Of a stretch of 39,305 bases of DNA, positions 25,520 to 32,770 are shown one piece after another. This DNA is from a virus. The notes beneath the pieces were generated by a model. The model was not told where the DNA came from. It ran no database searches and was given only the letters and a program-made list of their open reading frames with translations. Location: the IMG/VR virus record IMGVR_UViG_3300045988_059606, one strand, 5' to 3'. The position numbers were made by a program, and so were the translations under genes. Position 1 is the stretch's first letter. Every line of letters starts with the position of its first letter.

Positions 25520-26149
25520 CTATTCAGTTTTCAGTTTTTCAAGGACGGGGCGCCAACCAATGATCTCGTCCGTGATCGCCGTGCTGCCGCAATTGCAGCT
25601 GCGCCCGGAGTTGTAGCCGCGAATTGACCGGTCGGACGCATTGTTGTAATAAGTTTCTTGGCACCAAGAATACATATTGTAAAAATGCAAAATATCGTTG
25701 TCCTCGTCGTATTCATCCGTCAAGCGATCCCATTCGTTACCGCAGCCCTTGCCATAATCTTCGCCGTCGGATCCGGTTAAGATTCTAAGGGTATATTTTT
25801 CGTTGTCGATCTCGATTTTTTTACCGAACACGAAGCCTTTTTTGTTTAATGTCTCCCATGAAATATCTTGTAAAATATTTCTGTCACATACCCAAATATC
25901 GCCCAATTTAAGCCAAGTAATTTCTTTTCCCGGTACTGTATCGCCAATGCCGAAATCTGTACCGTTGTAGCCTAATACGTCGCCTTTGCGATATGGTTTT
26001 TTCGGTGCTGGTACTGCTGCCCCTAAAATCCGCATGGTGCCGAACTTCTTAACCTTTTCGCTTTCATCTGTGTTGCTTTCATCTGTGCTCAATAATGCGC
26101 CGATTTGTTCATAGATCTTTGTTAATTCTTCTTTGATCTGCTTATCCAT
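25520..26149 (-). CDS. Hypothetical protein with C-type-lectin/FGE-like, VR-like GC-rich C-terminus
   Basis: C-terminus SWCQETYYNNASDRSIRGYNSGRSCNCGSTAITDEIIGWRPVLE. By hand count, GC is 64% at 25541..25640 and 37% in the next 100 nt. Confidence 0.6.
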   Translation of the reverse strand: MDKQIKEELTKIYEQIGALLSTDESNTDESEKVKKFGTMRILGAAVPAPKKPYRKGDVLGYNGTDFGIGDTVPGKEITWLKLGDIWVCDRNILQDISWETLNKKGFVFGKKIEIDNEKYTLRILTGSDGEDYGKGCGNEWDRLTDEYDEDNDILHFYNMYSWCQETYYNNASDRSIRGYNSGRSCNCGSTAITDEIIGWRPVLEKLKTE

Positions 26150-26363
26150 TCTCTTTGCCTCCTCGTATCATCTCTAATTCTTTCTCTATGTTCTTTCCTG
26201 TGTACTCTGCCAATAGCTTAGACGAAATATTGTAAGTCCAAATAGACGACATTTTAACGCAGGATCCTATATTTAATGCTCCCTGCTGCATTGCCACCCT
26301 TACAAACTGCGGCGACGCGCCAATGATCGCCGCAGCCTCCGCCGTGCTTATCCCTTTTGCCAT
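26142..26363 (-). CDS. Small HTH DNA-binding protein (excisionase/Cro-like, MerR-type HTH)
   Basis: ISTAEAAAIIGASPQFVRVAMQQG. Confidence 0.55.
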   Translation of the reverse strand: MAKGISTAEAAAIIGASPQFVRVAMQQGALNIGSCVKMSSIWTYNISSKLLAEYTGKNIEKELEMIRGGKENG

Positions 26364-26375
26364 TTCTACTGCCTC

Positions 26376-26543
26376 CTATTCCGTTACCGGCTGTGCCTTT
26401 AATGCCTCGGCAAATTTTACGCCCTGCAAGAAAATAAGCATTTTGCTTTGCTCGCTATCACTCATTGTCTTAATAAGTCTCGTTACGTTGTCTACTTCCG
26501 GTTTGTCCTCTGTTTTAATTAAAACGTCCATATCTTTTGCCAT
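26376..26543 (-). CDS. Unlisted 55-aa ORF
   Basis: AAGGAGG ribosome-binding site. Hand translation: MAKDMDVLIKTEDKPEVDNVTRLIKTMSDSEQSKMLIFLQGVKFAEALKAQPVTE. Its stop overlaps the ribosome-binding site of the next gene. Confidence 0.55.
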   Translation of the reverse strand: MAKDMDVLIKTEDKPEVDNVTRLIKTMSDSEQSKMLIFLQGVKFAEALKAQPVTE

Positions 26544-26642
26544 AACTGCCGCCTCCTTTTCTTTTATGTGCTATCCTCTGTATTAGGGGCTTGGAACCCT
26601 CCGACGTTGCCGGGCTACATTATAGCGTTGGCGGTTTCCCGC

Positions 26643-26867
26643 CTATGCGCTTAAGATTGGTGCCATTGAATACTGACCTAATGGGTAAACGCTTTCGGCG
26701 TCTCTGTATTCTGATAATTTAGCGATTATCCGGCACTTGATTGTTTTATTTCCGTCTGATAACGTAACCGTCTTTGCGGTTCTTGCGGTCACTGTGTAAC
26801 TCCAAGTGCAATTCTGATCGCAAGCGCTTTTGCAACTGTATGTCTTTCCTACCTCAAATGTTTTCAT
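26643..26867 (-). CDS. Hypothetical protein
   Basis: 74-aa ORF. Confidence 0.5.
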   Translation of the reverse strand: MKTFEVGKTYSCKSACDQNCTWSYTVTARTAKTVTLSDGNKTIKCRIIAKLSEYRDAESVYPLGQYSMAPILSA

Positions 26868-26915
26868 TGTTTTGTCCTCCCATAGCGGCGGATTTTAACC
26901 GCCTATTCTTGCGCC

Positions 26916-27140
26916 TTACAAGATTTTTAATATATTCTCGATCGTTTCGTTTTGTTCTTTCCAAAAATCCGCGTTACTCGGTGCGTTTGGAAATTTTAAT
27001 GTTCCGTCCTCGTTTTGTTCTTTTGCCAAGCTCTCCCATGTCTCGCGCTCTCCTTTTCTGTAATTTGTTGTCATAAGTAAATAAATTTCTAACGCGCTCG
27101 CCTGCTCCTCTGTTAATTCTAAGGTTACTTTCTTTTCCAT
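26916..27140 (-). CDS. Hypothetical protein
   Basis: AGGAGG ribosome-binding site before the ATG at 27140 (MEKKVTLELTEEQ...). Confidence 0.55.
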   Translation of the reverse strand: MEKKVTLELTEEQASALEIYLLMTTNYRKGERETWESLAKEQNEDGTLKFPNAPSNADFWKEQNETIENILKIL

Positions 27141-27175
27141 TGTTTTGTCCTCCTTTGGGTGGCTTTGCGCCACCC

Positions 27176-27328
27176 TTATTTAATTTCCTCTATACTTAAG
27201 TAATGTTCGCCGCTTTCGTCCTCGTAAATTCCGTTGCAGGCGTTCCAATAACTTTCACACCCTGCGTATGTCTCGGTTCTAAGTATTTCTTTTCCGTCCT
27301 CTGTTACGATTCTGTATTTTTCTTTCAT
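27176..27328 (-). CDS. Unlisted 50-aa first ORF of the early operon
   Basis: GGAGG ribosome-binding site. Hand translation: MKEKYRIVTEDGKEILRTETYAGCESYWNACNGIYEDESGEHYLSIEEIK. Confidence 0.5.
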   Translation of the reverse strand: MKEKYRIVTEDGKEILRTETYAGCESYWNACNGIYEDESGEHYLSIEEIK

Positions 27329-27386
27329 TTTTGTTTTCCTCCCGGTTGATTATTGGTTTTTGTGTTTCTCTTGTGCTTATGTGACT

Positions 27387-27415
27387 ATTATATGACAGTA
27401 CTTGACGTTTGTCAA
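27387..27415 (-). promoter_or_regulatory. Early (lytic) promoter, perfect consensus
   Basis: On the minus strand: TTGACA (27415..27410), 17-nt spacer, TATAAT (27392..27387). Confidence 0.75.
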
Positions 27416-27446
27416 TACTTGTTTTGTGAGTTTGTGACTTTTTTAA

Positions 27447-27475
27447 TTGACAATTTGTTTTGTGGGTGTTATTGT
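27447..27475 (+). promoter_or_regulatory. Repressor (maintenance) promoter
   Basis: TTGACA (27447..27452), 17-nt spacer, extended -10 TGtTATTGT (-10 at 27470..27475). Confidence 0.65.
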
Positions 27476-27500
27476 ATAAACAGAAAGTGAGGTGTGCATA

Positions 27501-27932
27501 ATGAATGAGCGTATTAAGCAGCTTAGAAAAGCGCTTGGACTTACTCAGCAAGAATTTGCTCAACGTATCGGAATAAAGCGAAATGCGGTTGCCAATTACG
27601 AAACCGGCAGAAATGAGCCGATTGGTAGCGTTGTTAACCTTATATGTAATGAATACAACGTAAATCCCGATTGGCTCCGCAATGGATCCGGGGAAATGTT
27701 TATAGATCCTGCTACTTTCTCATTAGATGAGTACGCGCAGGCGAATAAACTTAATAAAACCGAAATTTCTATTATTCGCGGTTTTATGGAATTGGACGCG
27801 GATACGCGGCAGGCAATTTACAATATCTTTTCTAATGCCTTTAACGAAAACAACGTCGCTATCCCGGACGATCCGCAGGAATTAGAAAGACTATACCCGC
27901 CAATCGACACTGAAAATAGCGACGTTGGTTAA
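27501..27932 (+). CDS. XRE-family HTH repressor (CI-like)
   Basis: MNERIKQLRKALGLTQQEFAQRIGIKRNAVANYETGRNEP. Divergent from the early operon. No S24 peptidase motif seen. Confidence 0.85.
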   Translation: MNERIKQLRKALGLTQQEFAQRIGIKRNAVANYETGRNEPIGSVVNLICNEYNVNPDWLRNGSGEMFIDPATFSLDEYAQANKLNKTEISIIRGFMELDADTRQAIYNIFSNAFNENNVAIPDDPQELERLYPPIDTENSDVG

Positions 27933-27948
27933 ACGCCCGCCGGTTGCG

Positions 27949-28071
27949 TTATCTTATTACGTATAACTTAGTGTGGGCGGCAAACATAACATTGTAATAT
28001 ATTGTGTTTGTTGCCCGGTAATATATGGCGTAAACCTTTGGGCTATTAAAACAAATATATTTCTTTATCAT
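27949..28071 (-). CDS. Possible 40-aa micro-ORF convergent on the repressor gene
   Basis: AAAGGAGGG lies 5 nt before the ATG. Hand translation: MIKKYICFNSPKVYAIYYRATNTIYYNVMFAAHTKLYVIR. No clear promoter found. Confidence 0.3.
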   Translation of the reverse strand: MIKKYICFNSPKVYAIYYRATNTIYYNVMFAAHTKLYVIR

Positions 28072-28136
28072 GCGATCCCTCCTTTATGTATGGCGGGCGC
28101 AGACATTATTATAAAATTGAATGTGAGGTTTTTATC

Positions 28137-28418
28137 ATGGGAATATTTGGTAATAAAGAAAGCAAGGAAGATAAGAAAACGGCAAAAATGCAGGAAATAG
28201 CTGATAAATACAATTTGGGTGATATAAACCCTAAAGATTTCGAGGCTATTAAAAATATTAACTATGAACTTATGGGAACCGGTTTAATGGAATTTGGCAC
28301 ATTACTTACCGGAAAAGCGGAAGATAACGTTAAAATCGCGTATCTCAATACCTTAATACAACAAAATTGGGTTATCATTCGCCAATTAGACGAAATTTCT
28401 AAAAAACTCGATAAATAA
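28137..28418 (+). CDS. Hypothetical 93-aa protein (moron between repressor and integrase)
   Basis: GTGAGGT ribosome-binding site before ATG; MGIFGNKESKEDKK...; no family recognised. Confidence 0.6.
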   Translation: MGIFGNKESKEDKKTAKMQEIADKYNLGDINPKDFEAIKNINYELMGTGLMEFGTLLTGKAEDNVKIAYLNTLIQQNWVIIRQLDEISKKLDK

Positions 28419-28510
28419 TATTTTCTGCATAAAATAAAAACCGCCCGGCGCTGCAACGTCGAACGGCTTACATAGGCTTATTGCCATTGTTTTAACAAAT
28501 TGATTATAGC

Positions 28511-28543
28511 ATAAGCCTTGCATTTTGTGTAGGCTTATTTTTT
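28511..28543 (+). terminator. AT-rich hairpin plus T-run (weak terminator/attenuator) upstream of int
   Basis: ataagcct (28511..28518) / aggcttat (28531..28538), 12-nt loop, then TTTTT. Confidence 0.4.
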
Positions 28544-28572
28544 ATACTCTTTTTTAGAAAGTTGGTGTGATT

Positions 28573-29658
28573 ATGGATAATAAAAAACCGAAACGGCGCG
28601 CAATGCGTCTACCAAACGGCTATGGATCCGTAAAGAAATTAAGCGGTAATCGCCGCAATCCGTGGATCGTTACCAAAACGGACGGTTGGGAAATAACCCC
28701 CGATACCGGTAAAACGATACAAAAGAAAATTATTATAGGCTACTACCCTAGCCGCCAAGCCGGTTTGCAGGCTCTCGCAGAATACAACGCGGATCCTTAC
28801 GACGTGAACGCGGCAAAAATTACTTTTTCTGATGTGTACGCTCGTTGGTCTGAACGAAAATTTAAGGAAGTATCAGAAAGTAACGTTAAGGGTTATAAAG
28901 CTGCTTATAAATTGTGTACCTCTCTGTATGATATGCGTATGATAGATATTAAACTATCGCACCTGCAAGACGTCGTAGACAATTCCGGCAAAAATACGCC
29001 TACCCTTAGAAAGTTAAAAGTTTTGTTAGGGCAAATGTTTGAGTATGCCGTAATCAATGAGATTATAACCAAAGATAAAAATATTGTTGAATATGTAGAC
29101 ATAAAAGCCGCGGGCAATCCAAATAAGATAGATCGCACGCCGTTTAGTGATGATGAAATACAGAAAGTTTGGGATAATGTAGACTACAACGAATATATGA
29201 CCGTAATACTTATGCTTATATATTCCGGCGTTCGTGTCTCTGAATTGTTGGAACTTAAAAAAGAGGACGTACACTTAGACGAAAAGTGGTTTAATGTACG
29301 CCATGCCAAAACGCAGGCGGGTATAAGGGCGGTTCCGATCGCCGATAAGACGTATAAATTTTTTAAGTATTGGTATAACAAGAATGATTGTGAATATCTC
29401 TTAAGCACGCCGGACGGCGCACACTTTGAGTATAGAAATTACTATGATAGTTATTGGAAACCTTTATTAAAAGAATTGAATATTAAGCACCGCCCACACG
29501 ACACGCGGCACACTTGTATTAGCCTCTTGGCTGCTGCTAAAGTATATCAGACAACTATTAAGAAAATTGTAGGGCACTCCGGTAGCCAAACTCTGACCGA
29601 ACGTGTTTATACGCATTTAGATATACAAGAATTATTGGACGCAATCAACCTTATATAG
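28573..29658 (+). CDS. int: Tyrosine integrase with N-terminal arm-binding domain
   Basis: LPNGYGSVKKLSGNRRNPW at the N-terminus; catalytic region RPHDTRHTCISLL...GHS...YTH. Confidence 0.9.
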   Translation: MDNKKPKRRAMRLPNGYGSVKKLSGNRRNPWIVTKTDGWEITPDTGKTIQKKIIIGYYPSRQAGLQALAEYNADPYDVNAAKITFSDVYARWSERKFKEVSESNVKGYKAAYKLCTSLYDMRMIDIKLSHLQDVVDNSGKNTPTLRKLKVLLGQMFEYAVINEIITKDKNIVEYVDIKAAGNPNKIDRTPFSDDEIQKVWDNVDYNEYMTVILMLIYSGVRVSELLELKKEDVHLDEKWFNVRHAKTQAGIRAVPIADKTYKFFKYWYNKNDCEYLLSTPDGAHFEYRNYYDSYWKPLLKELNIKHRPHDTRHTCISLLAAAKVYQTTIKKIVGHSGSQTLTERVYTHLDIQELLDAINLI

Positions 29659-29689
29659 TGTTACCTACGTGTTACCTATATGTTACCTA
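29659..29689 (+). repeat. Three tandem 11-bp-spaced TGTTACCTA repeats (candidate integrase arm sites)
   Basis: Copies at 29659..29667, 29670..29678 and 29681..29689. Confidence 0.85.
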
Positions 29690-29744
29690 TACACTTTTTT
29701 TCGTGTGTTTTTGTACTGTTTTATATTTTCTTTGAAATAAAAAG

Positions 29745-29778
29745 AAAACCCGCAAACATAGGCGTTTGCGGGTTTTTT
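29745..29778. terminator. Bidirectional rho-independent terminator between int and the lysis/late operon
   Basis: Stem cccgcaaac (29749..29757) / gtttgcggg (29764..29772), 6-nt loop, flanked by AAAA and TTTTTT. Confidence 0.8.
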
Positions 29779-29876
29779 CTTGATTTTTTGCGGCTTCGTA
29801 AATTCGCTTGTTATTATCTCTTTGTTAACGCTTGCATAACTTCAAACCGCATAAATACGGTGTTTTCGCCTTATGA

Positions 29877-29898
29877 TGTTACCTATACGTTTCCTATA
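29877..29898 (+). repeat. Fourth TGTTACCTA copy plus a degenerate copy (gtttcctat)
   Basis: 29877..29885 is an exact copy; a degenerate copy follows 4 nt later. Confidence 0.7.
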
Positions 29899-29926
29899 AA
29901 TGTTTTCTCTTGGTGCTCTGTATTGC

Positions 29927-30217
29927 TTAATGTTCTATCTTTGCGTCTGTAAATCCTGCCTCTTTGATTGCGTCTAAATTCGCTCTTGCTGTTTGTGTGG
30001 TGTCATACGTTCCGAATAATAAGACAAATTCGTTACCTCTTACACAAAGCCCAGTATTTCTAAAACCTTTCTTGTGCGCCTCTCTGATAGCCTTATTTGC
30101 CTCTATTTTGTCTTTGTAGCCTTTGCCTATAACTTTGTACGTTTCTGCTTTTTTAACTTCTGTTTTAGTCTCATGCGTTGCCTCTGCTGTATTTTCTTTT
30201 ACTGTCTTTGCTGCCAT
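29927..30217 (-). CDS. SPOR-domain-like peptidoglycan-binding protein
   Basis: YKVIGKGYKDKIEANKAIREAHKKGFRNTGLCVRGNEFVLLFGTYDTTQTARANLDAIKEAGF fits the SPOR repeat pattern. Confidence 0.5.
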   Translation of the reverse strand: MAAKTVKENTAEATHETKTEVKKAETYKVIGKGYKDKIEANKAIREAHKKGFRNTGLCVRGNEFVLLFGTYDTTQTARANLDAIKEAGFTDAKIEH

Positions 30218-30229
30218 TGTATAGCCCTC

Positions 30230-31072
30230 CTATTTCTTAAGATGTTTACTTGATACATAACCTGTAATTCCGTTTGCTGCCACCAAAAACCATTTTACGT
30301 TGTCTTTTACGTTGTAATACCCATAGCACGTTACCTTTGTTCCTTTTTTCAGATCTCCAATATCTGTTTTATTTTTGCCCGCTCCGGATCTGATGTTAAG
30401 TACGTCCACGGTTACCGTATATGTTCCGGCTAACTTCTTGTCAAAACTCTTTGCGCTTTCTACCTTAGTTGCTTTACTTGGTGCCTGCGGTTTGTTTGGT
30501 GTCTGCGGTTCTGCGTCATATTTTGGATAGCCGAAAATAACTTTTCCTTTGTAATCCGCAATCTTGTATTTCTTCGCCTTTACTCCTCCTCCATTAGATA
30601 CCACCGTAGACGCTCCGGACGTGTTGCCCTCCATTGTATAGAAATACGTGCTATCTACTTCTATTACTAATGCGGTATGGTGGCAACCGCTAACCTTTCC
30701 ATTTCTTGTAAAGAATGCCTGCGATCCGTATTTTGGTGTTGTTCCTAATGCTCCGTGTTTTTCGTACATACTTGCGCTCGCTACGGTGTAGTCGTCGAAA
30801 TTTCCGCACAAAAGGCTTTTCGCCGTCGCTACTCCGTATGCCTTATAAAAGCACCAATCTACGAACGCGTCGCACCAATACGCCGGAAAATCCATAACCG
30901 CCGGATAGGTCTTGTGCATATCTCTACCATACTTTGTGTAATTGTCTTTCCCCGCGCCGTCCGTCTTTTTATCTAAGACTTTCGGATCTTTCTTGTATGC
31001 CGCGGCTGATTTCTCTAAATAGCCCTCCTCTGCTTTCGCAATCTCAATTACCTTACTTGCATAATTTCCCAT
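30230..31072 (-). CDS. Endolysin: N-terminal CHAP domain plus C-terminal SH3b
   Basis: PAYWCDAFVDWCF (catalytic Cys), GCHHTALVIEV (His), EGNTS. SH3b-like GTYTVTVDVLNIRSGAG...GYVSSKHLKK. GGAGG site before the ATG at 31072. Confidence 0.85.
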   Translation of the reverse strand: MGNYASKVIEIAKAEEGYLEKSAAAYKKDPKVLDKKTDGAGKDNYTKYGRDMHKTYPAVMDFPAYWCDAFVDWCFYKAYGVATAKSLLCGNFDDYTVASASMYEKHGALGTTPKYGSQAFFTRNGKVSGCHHTALVIEVDSTYFYTMEGNTSGASTVVSNGGGVKAKKYKIADYKGKVIFGYPKYDAEPQTPNKPQAPSKATKVESAKSFDKKLAGTYTVTVDVLNIRSGAGKNKTDIGDLKKGTKVTCYGYYNVKDNVKWFLVAANGITGYVSSKHLKK

Positions 31073-31106
31073 TGTTTCTGCCTCCATTCTAAAATAAAAG
31101 CAGGGC

Positions 31107-31640
31107 TTAACCCTGCTTTTCTGTGTAGTGGTTGCAACGCTCTTTAATGCTGCATTCGTCGCAATTTTGATTTTTGCATACAATATCATTGATCTTGTGA
31201 TCTAATTTGTCGTCCGCGATTTTAAGGATCTTTACTAGCCAAATCGGTATTTTTTCCGGCATGATAACGTATAGATTTTCTAAAATGCTTGTTAACTCGT
31301 TAATGAGTAGCACTGCCACGGTGTACCAACCGATATAAATACTAAATCCAAGATCAAATCCGATCTGTACGCCTAACTCTTTAATTCCGTAACCTACCAT
31401 AAACGCTACGCCGATAAGTACGAAATACATAGCTTTTTTTATAATCCCTTGTAACCCTGTTTTGCTGCTCCATTCTTTCAAGAAAAATGCAGCTTTGATC
31501 CAACCAGTCAAATAATCGACTACAACGGCTATCATAAATAAAATAAGCAACGTTGGCACTCTGTTAAAAAGCGCTGCCGCTGCCGTAATAAATGCCGACA
31601 TTGTAAACCCTGCCCCTCCTATCTTGTCTGTAATTTCCAT
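31107..31640 (-). CDS. Holin (toxin-secretion/phage-lysis holin family) with Cys-rich C-terminal tail
   Basis: VVVDYLTGWIKAAF...SSKTGLQGIIKKAMYFVLI. Three hydrophobic segments. I preferred the ATG at 31640 (GGAG site). Confidence 0.8.
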   Translation of the reverse strand: MEITDKIGGAGFTMSAFITAAAALFNRVPTLLILFMIAVVVDYLTGWIKAAFFLKEWSSKTGLQGIIKKAMYFVLIGVAFMVGYGIKELGVQIGFDLGFSIYIGWYTVAVLLINELTSILENLYVIMPEKIPIWLVKILKIADDKLDHKINDIVCKNQNCDECSIKERCNHYTEKQG

Positions 31641-32770
31641 GTGTCCTGCTCCTTTCTTTGTTCTTCCTGCAATGCTCTTTCTCTGCTTGCGTCTGTACAA
31701 TGCAAAACAAAGCCGCTTATTACCTTTTCTTTAAGCCCTTTATTTGTGCAATGCGAAATTAAGCCGAAATAACTTTGCATTGTTGCGTTTACTTCCTTAA
31801 GTGTCATTTCTCCCGCCTCGTATGCTTTTATCACGTACTTAATACGTACCCGCATACGCCGCACGGTGTCTTTTCTTAGTTTGATTTCGTCTTTATTTAT
31901 GATAAAGCCTACAAACTCTATATTGTGTGTTGTTGGGTTTATTGCCGTTTTGTTGTTAAGGTTAAGTTTCAAAACCTCCAATAAGAATTGCTCTATTTTT
32001 TCTTTGAACTCTACCAGCTCTTTGTAATCGTCATGCAAAATTATTATATCGTCCATATATCTAACGACATAATGTAAATGCAATTCGTGTTTTATGTATT
32101 GGTCTAACTCATTTAGATAAATATTCGCAAACATTTGTGAGGTTAAATTACCTATTGGCATACCTTTGTCGAATAGCATATCTTTAGGATCTATTTCCGA
32201 CGGATCCGCCCCAATCGGCAGCCCAAACGCTCTTTTATTGGAATTTATTATCTTTTCCAATAAGGCTAATAAGTCCTTGTCCTTTATTTTCTTTGCCAAA
32301 ATTTGTAGCAAAACTTCGTGATCCACGCGATAAAAGAACTTGGAAATGTCAAGTTTCAAGTAGTAATACTGTTTCTCTTTGCGGTCTGTCTGCCTCAACC
32401 AATATTGCAGGCGGGCAGCTGCTTTCTCTCTGCCCTTTTCTTTCCTGCAACCGTAACTATCTTCAATGTATATCTTTTCGTATAGTGGGTTAAGTTTTCT
32501 ATAAACCGCCCATTGCAAGACGCGATCCCTATATTGCAACGCCATTATTAAACGTTTCTTTGGAACTGTGATATAAATAAGTCTGTAACCGCGTTGCTTG
32601 TATCGTTTCGCTTGTAAATCCTCGTACAGATCTATTAAGTTTTCGTCCAATTCCATATTGAAACGCATTACCTCGTTTCGCTCGGTTTTACATTCCTTTG
32701 CGTCTATGTTGGCTCCGCATAAGTTTTCGTAGTCTATAATTTCTTTGTATGTTATGTTAAATGTTTTCAT
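31619..32770 (-). CDS. DGR-type reverse transcriptase
   Basis: LPIGNLTSQMFANIYL (DGR motif-4 signature, IGxxxSQ) and VRYMDDIIIL (YxDD); adjacent to TR and avd. Confidence 0.9.
   Translation of the reverse strand: MKTFNITYKEIIDYENLCGANIDAKECKTERNEVMRFNMELDENLIDLYEDLQAKRYKQRGYRLIYITVPKKRLIMALQYRDRVLQWAVYRKLNPLYEKIYIEDSYGCRKEKGREKAAARLQYWLRQTDRKEKQYYYLKLDISKFFYRVDHEVLLQILAKKIKDKDLLALLEKIINSNKRAFGLPIGADPSEIDPKDMLFDKGMPIGNLTSQMFANIYLNELDQYIKHELHLHYVVRYMDDIIILHDDYKELVEFKEKIEQFLLEVLKLNLNNKTAINPTTHNIEFVGFIINKDEIKLRKDTVRRMRVRIKYVIKAYEAGEMTLKEVNATMQSYFGLISHCTNKGLKEKVISGFVLHCTDASRERALQEEQRKEQDTWKLQTR

Noticed and set aside
26585-26642. tRNA-like T-arm (ggagggttccaagcccc on the minus strand)
   Set aside because: The stem is only 3-4 bp, and no acceptor or anticodon arms could be built. 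Not a tRNA.
27157-27175. Hairpin gggtggc/gccaccc between two early ORFs as a terminator
   Set aside because: No U-run follows on the transcribed (minus) strand. The T-rich side is on the plus strand, where nothing is transcribed into it. Kept only as an intergenic stem-loop.
27279-27563. 94-aa minus-strand ORF spanning the switch region
   Set aside because: It runs through both divergent promoters and the repressor start. A short ORF with a GGAGG site (27176..27328) explains the coding part.
27973-28200. 75-aa plus-strand ORF between repressor and moron
   Set aside because: It has no ribosome-binding site and overlaps the better-supported 28137 start. Probably spurious.
29659-29689. Possible CRISPR-like array (short tandem repeats)
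   Set aside because: There are only three 9-bp repeats with 2-nt spacers. The 11-bp phasing next to int fits recombinase arm sites, not a CRISPR array.
31619-32770. RT as a retron or group II intron RT
   Set aside because: The IGNLTSQ motif, the adjacent Avd-like gene and an adenine-specific TR/VR pair identify it as a DGR RT. No maturase/En domains or msr/msd-like repeats were seen.
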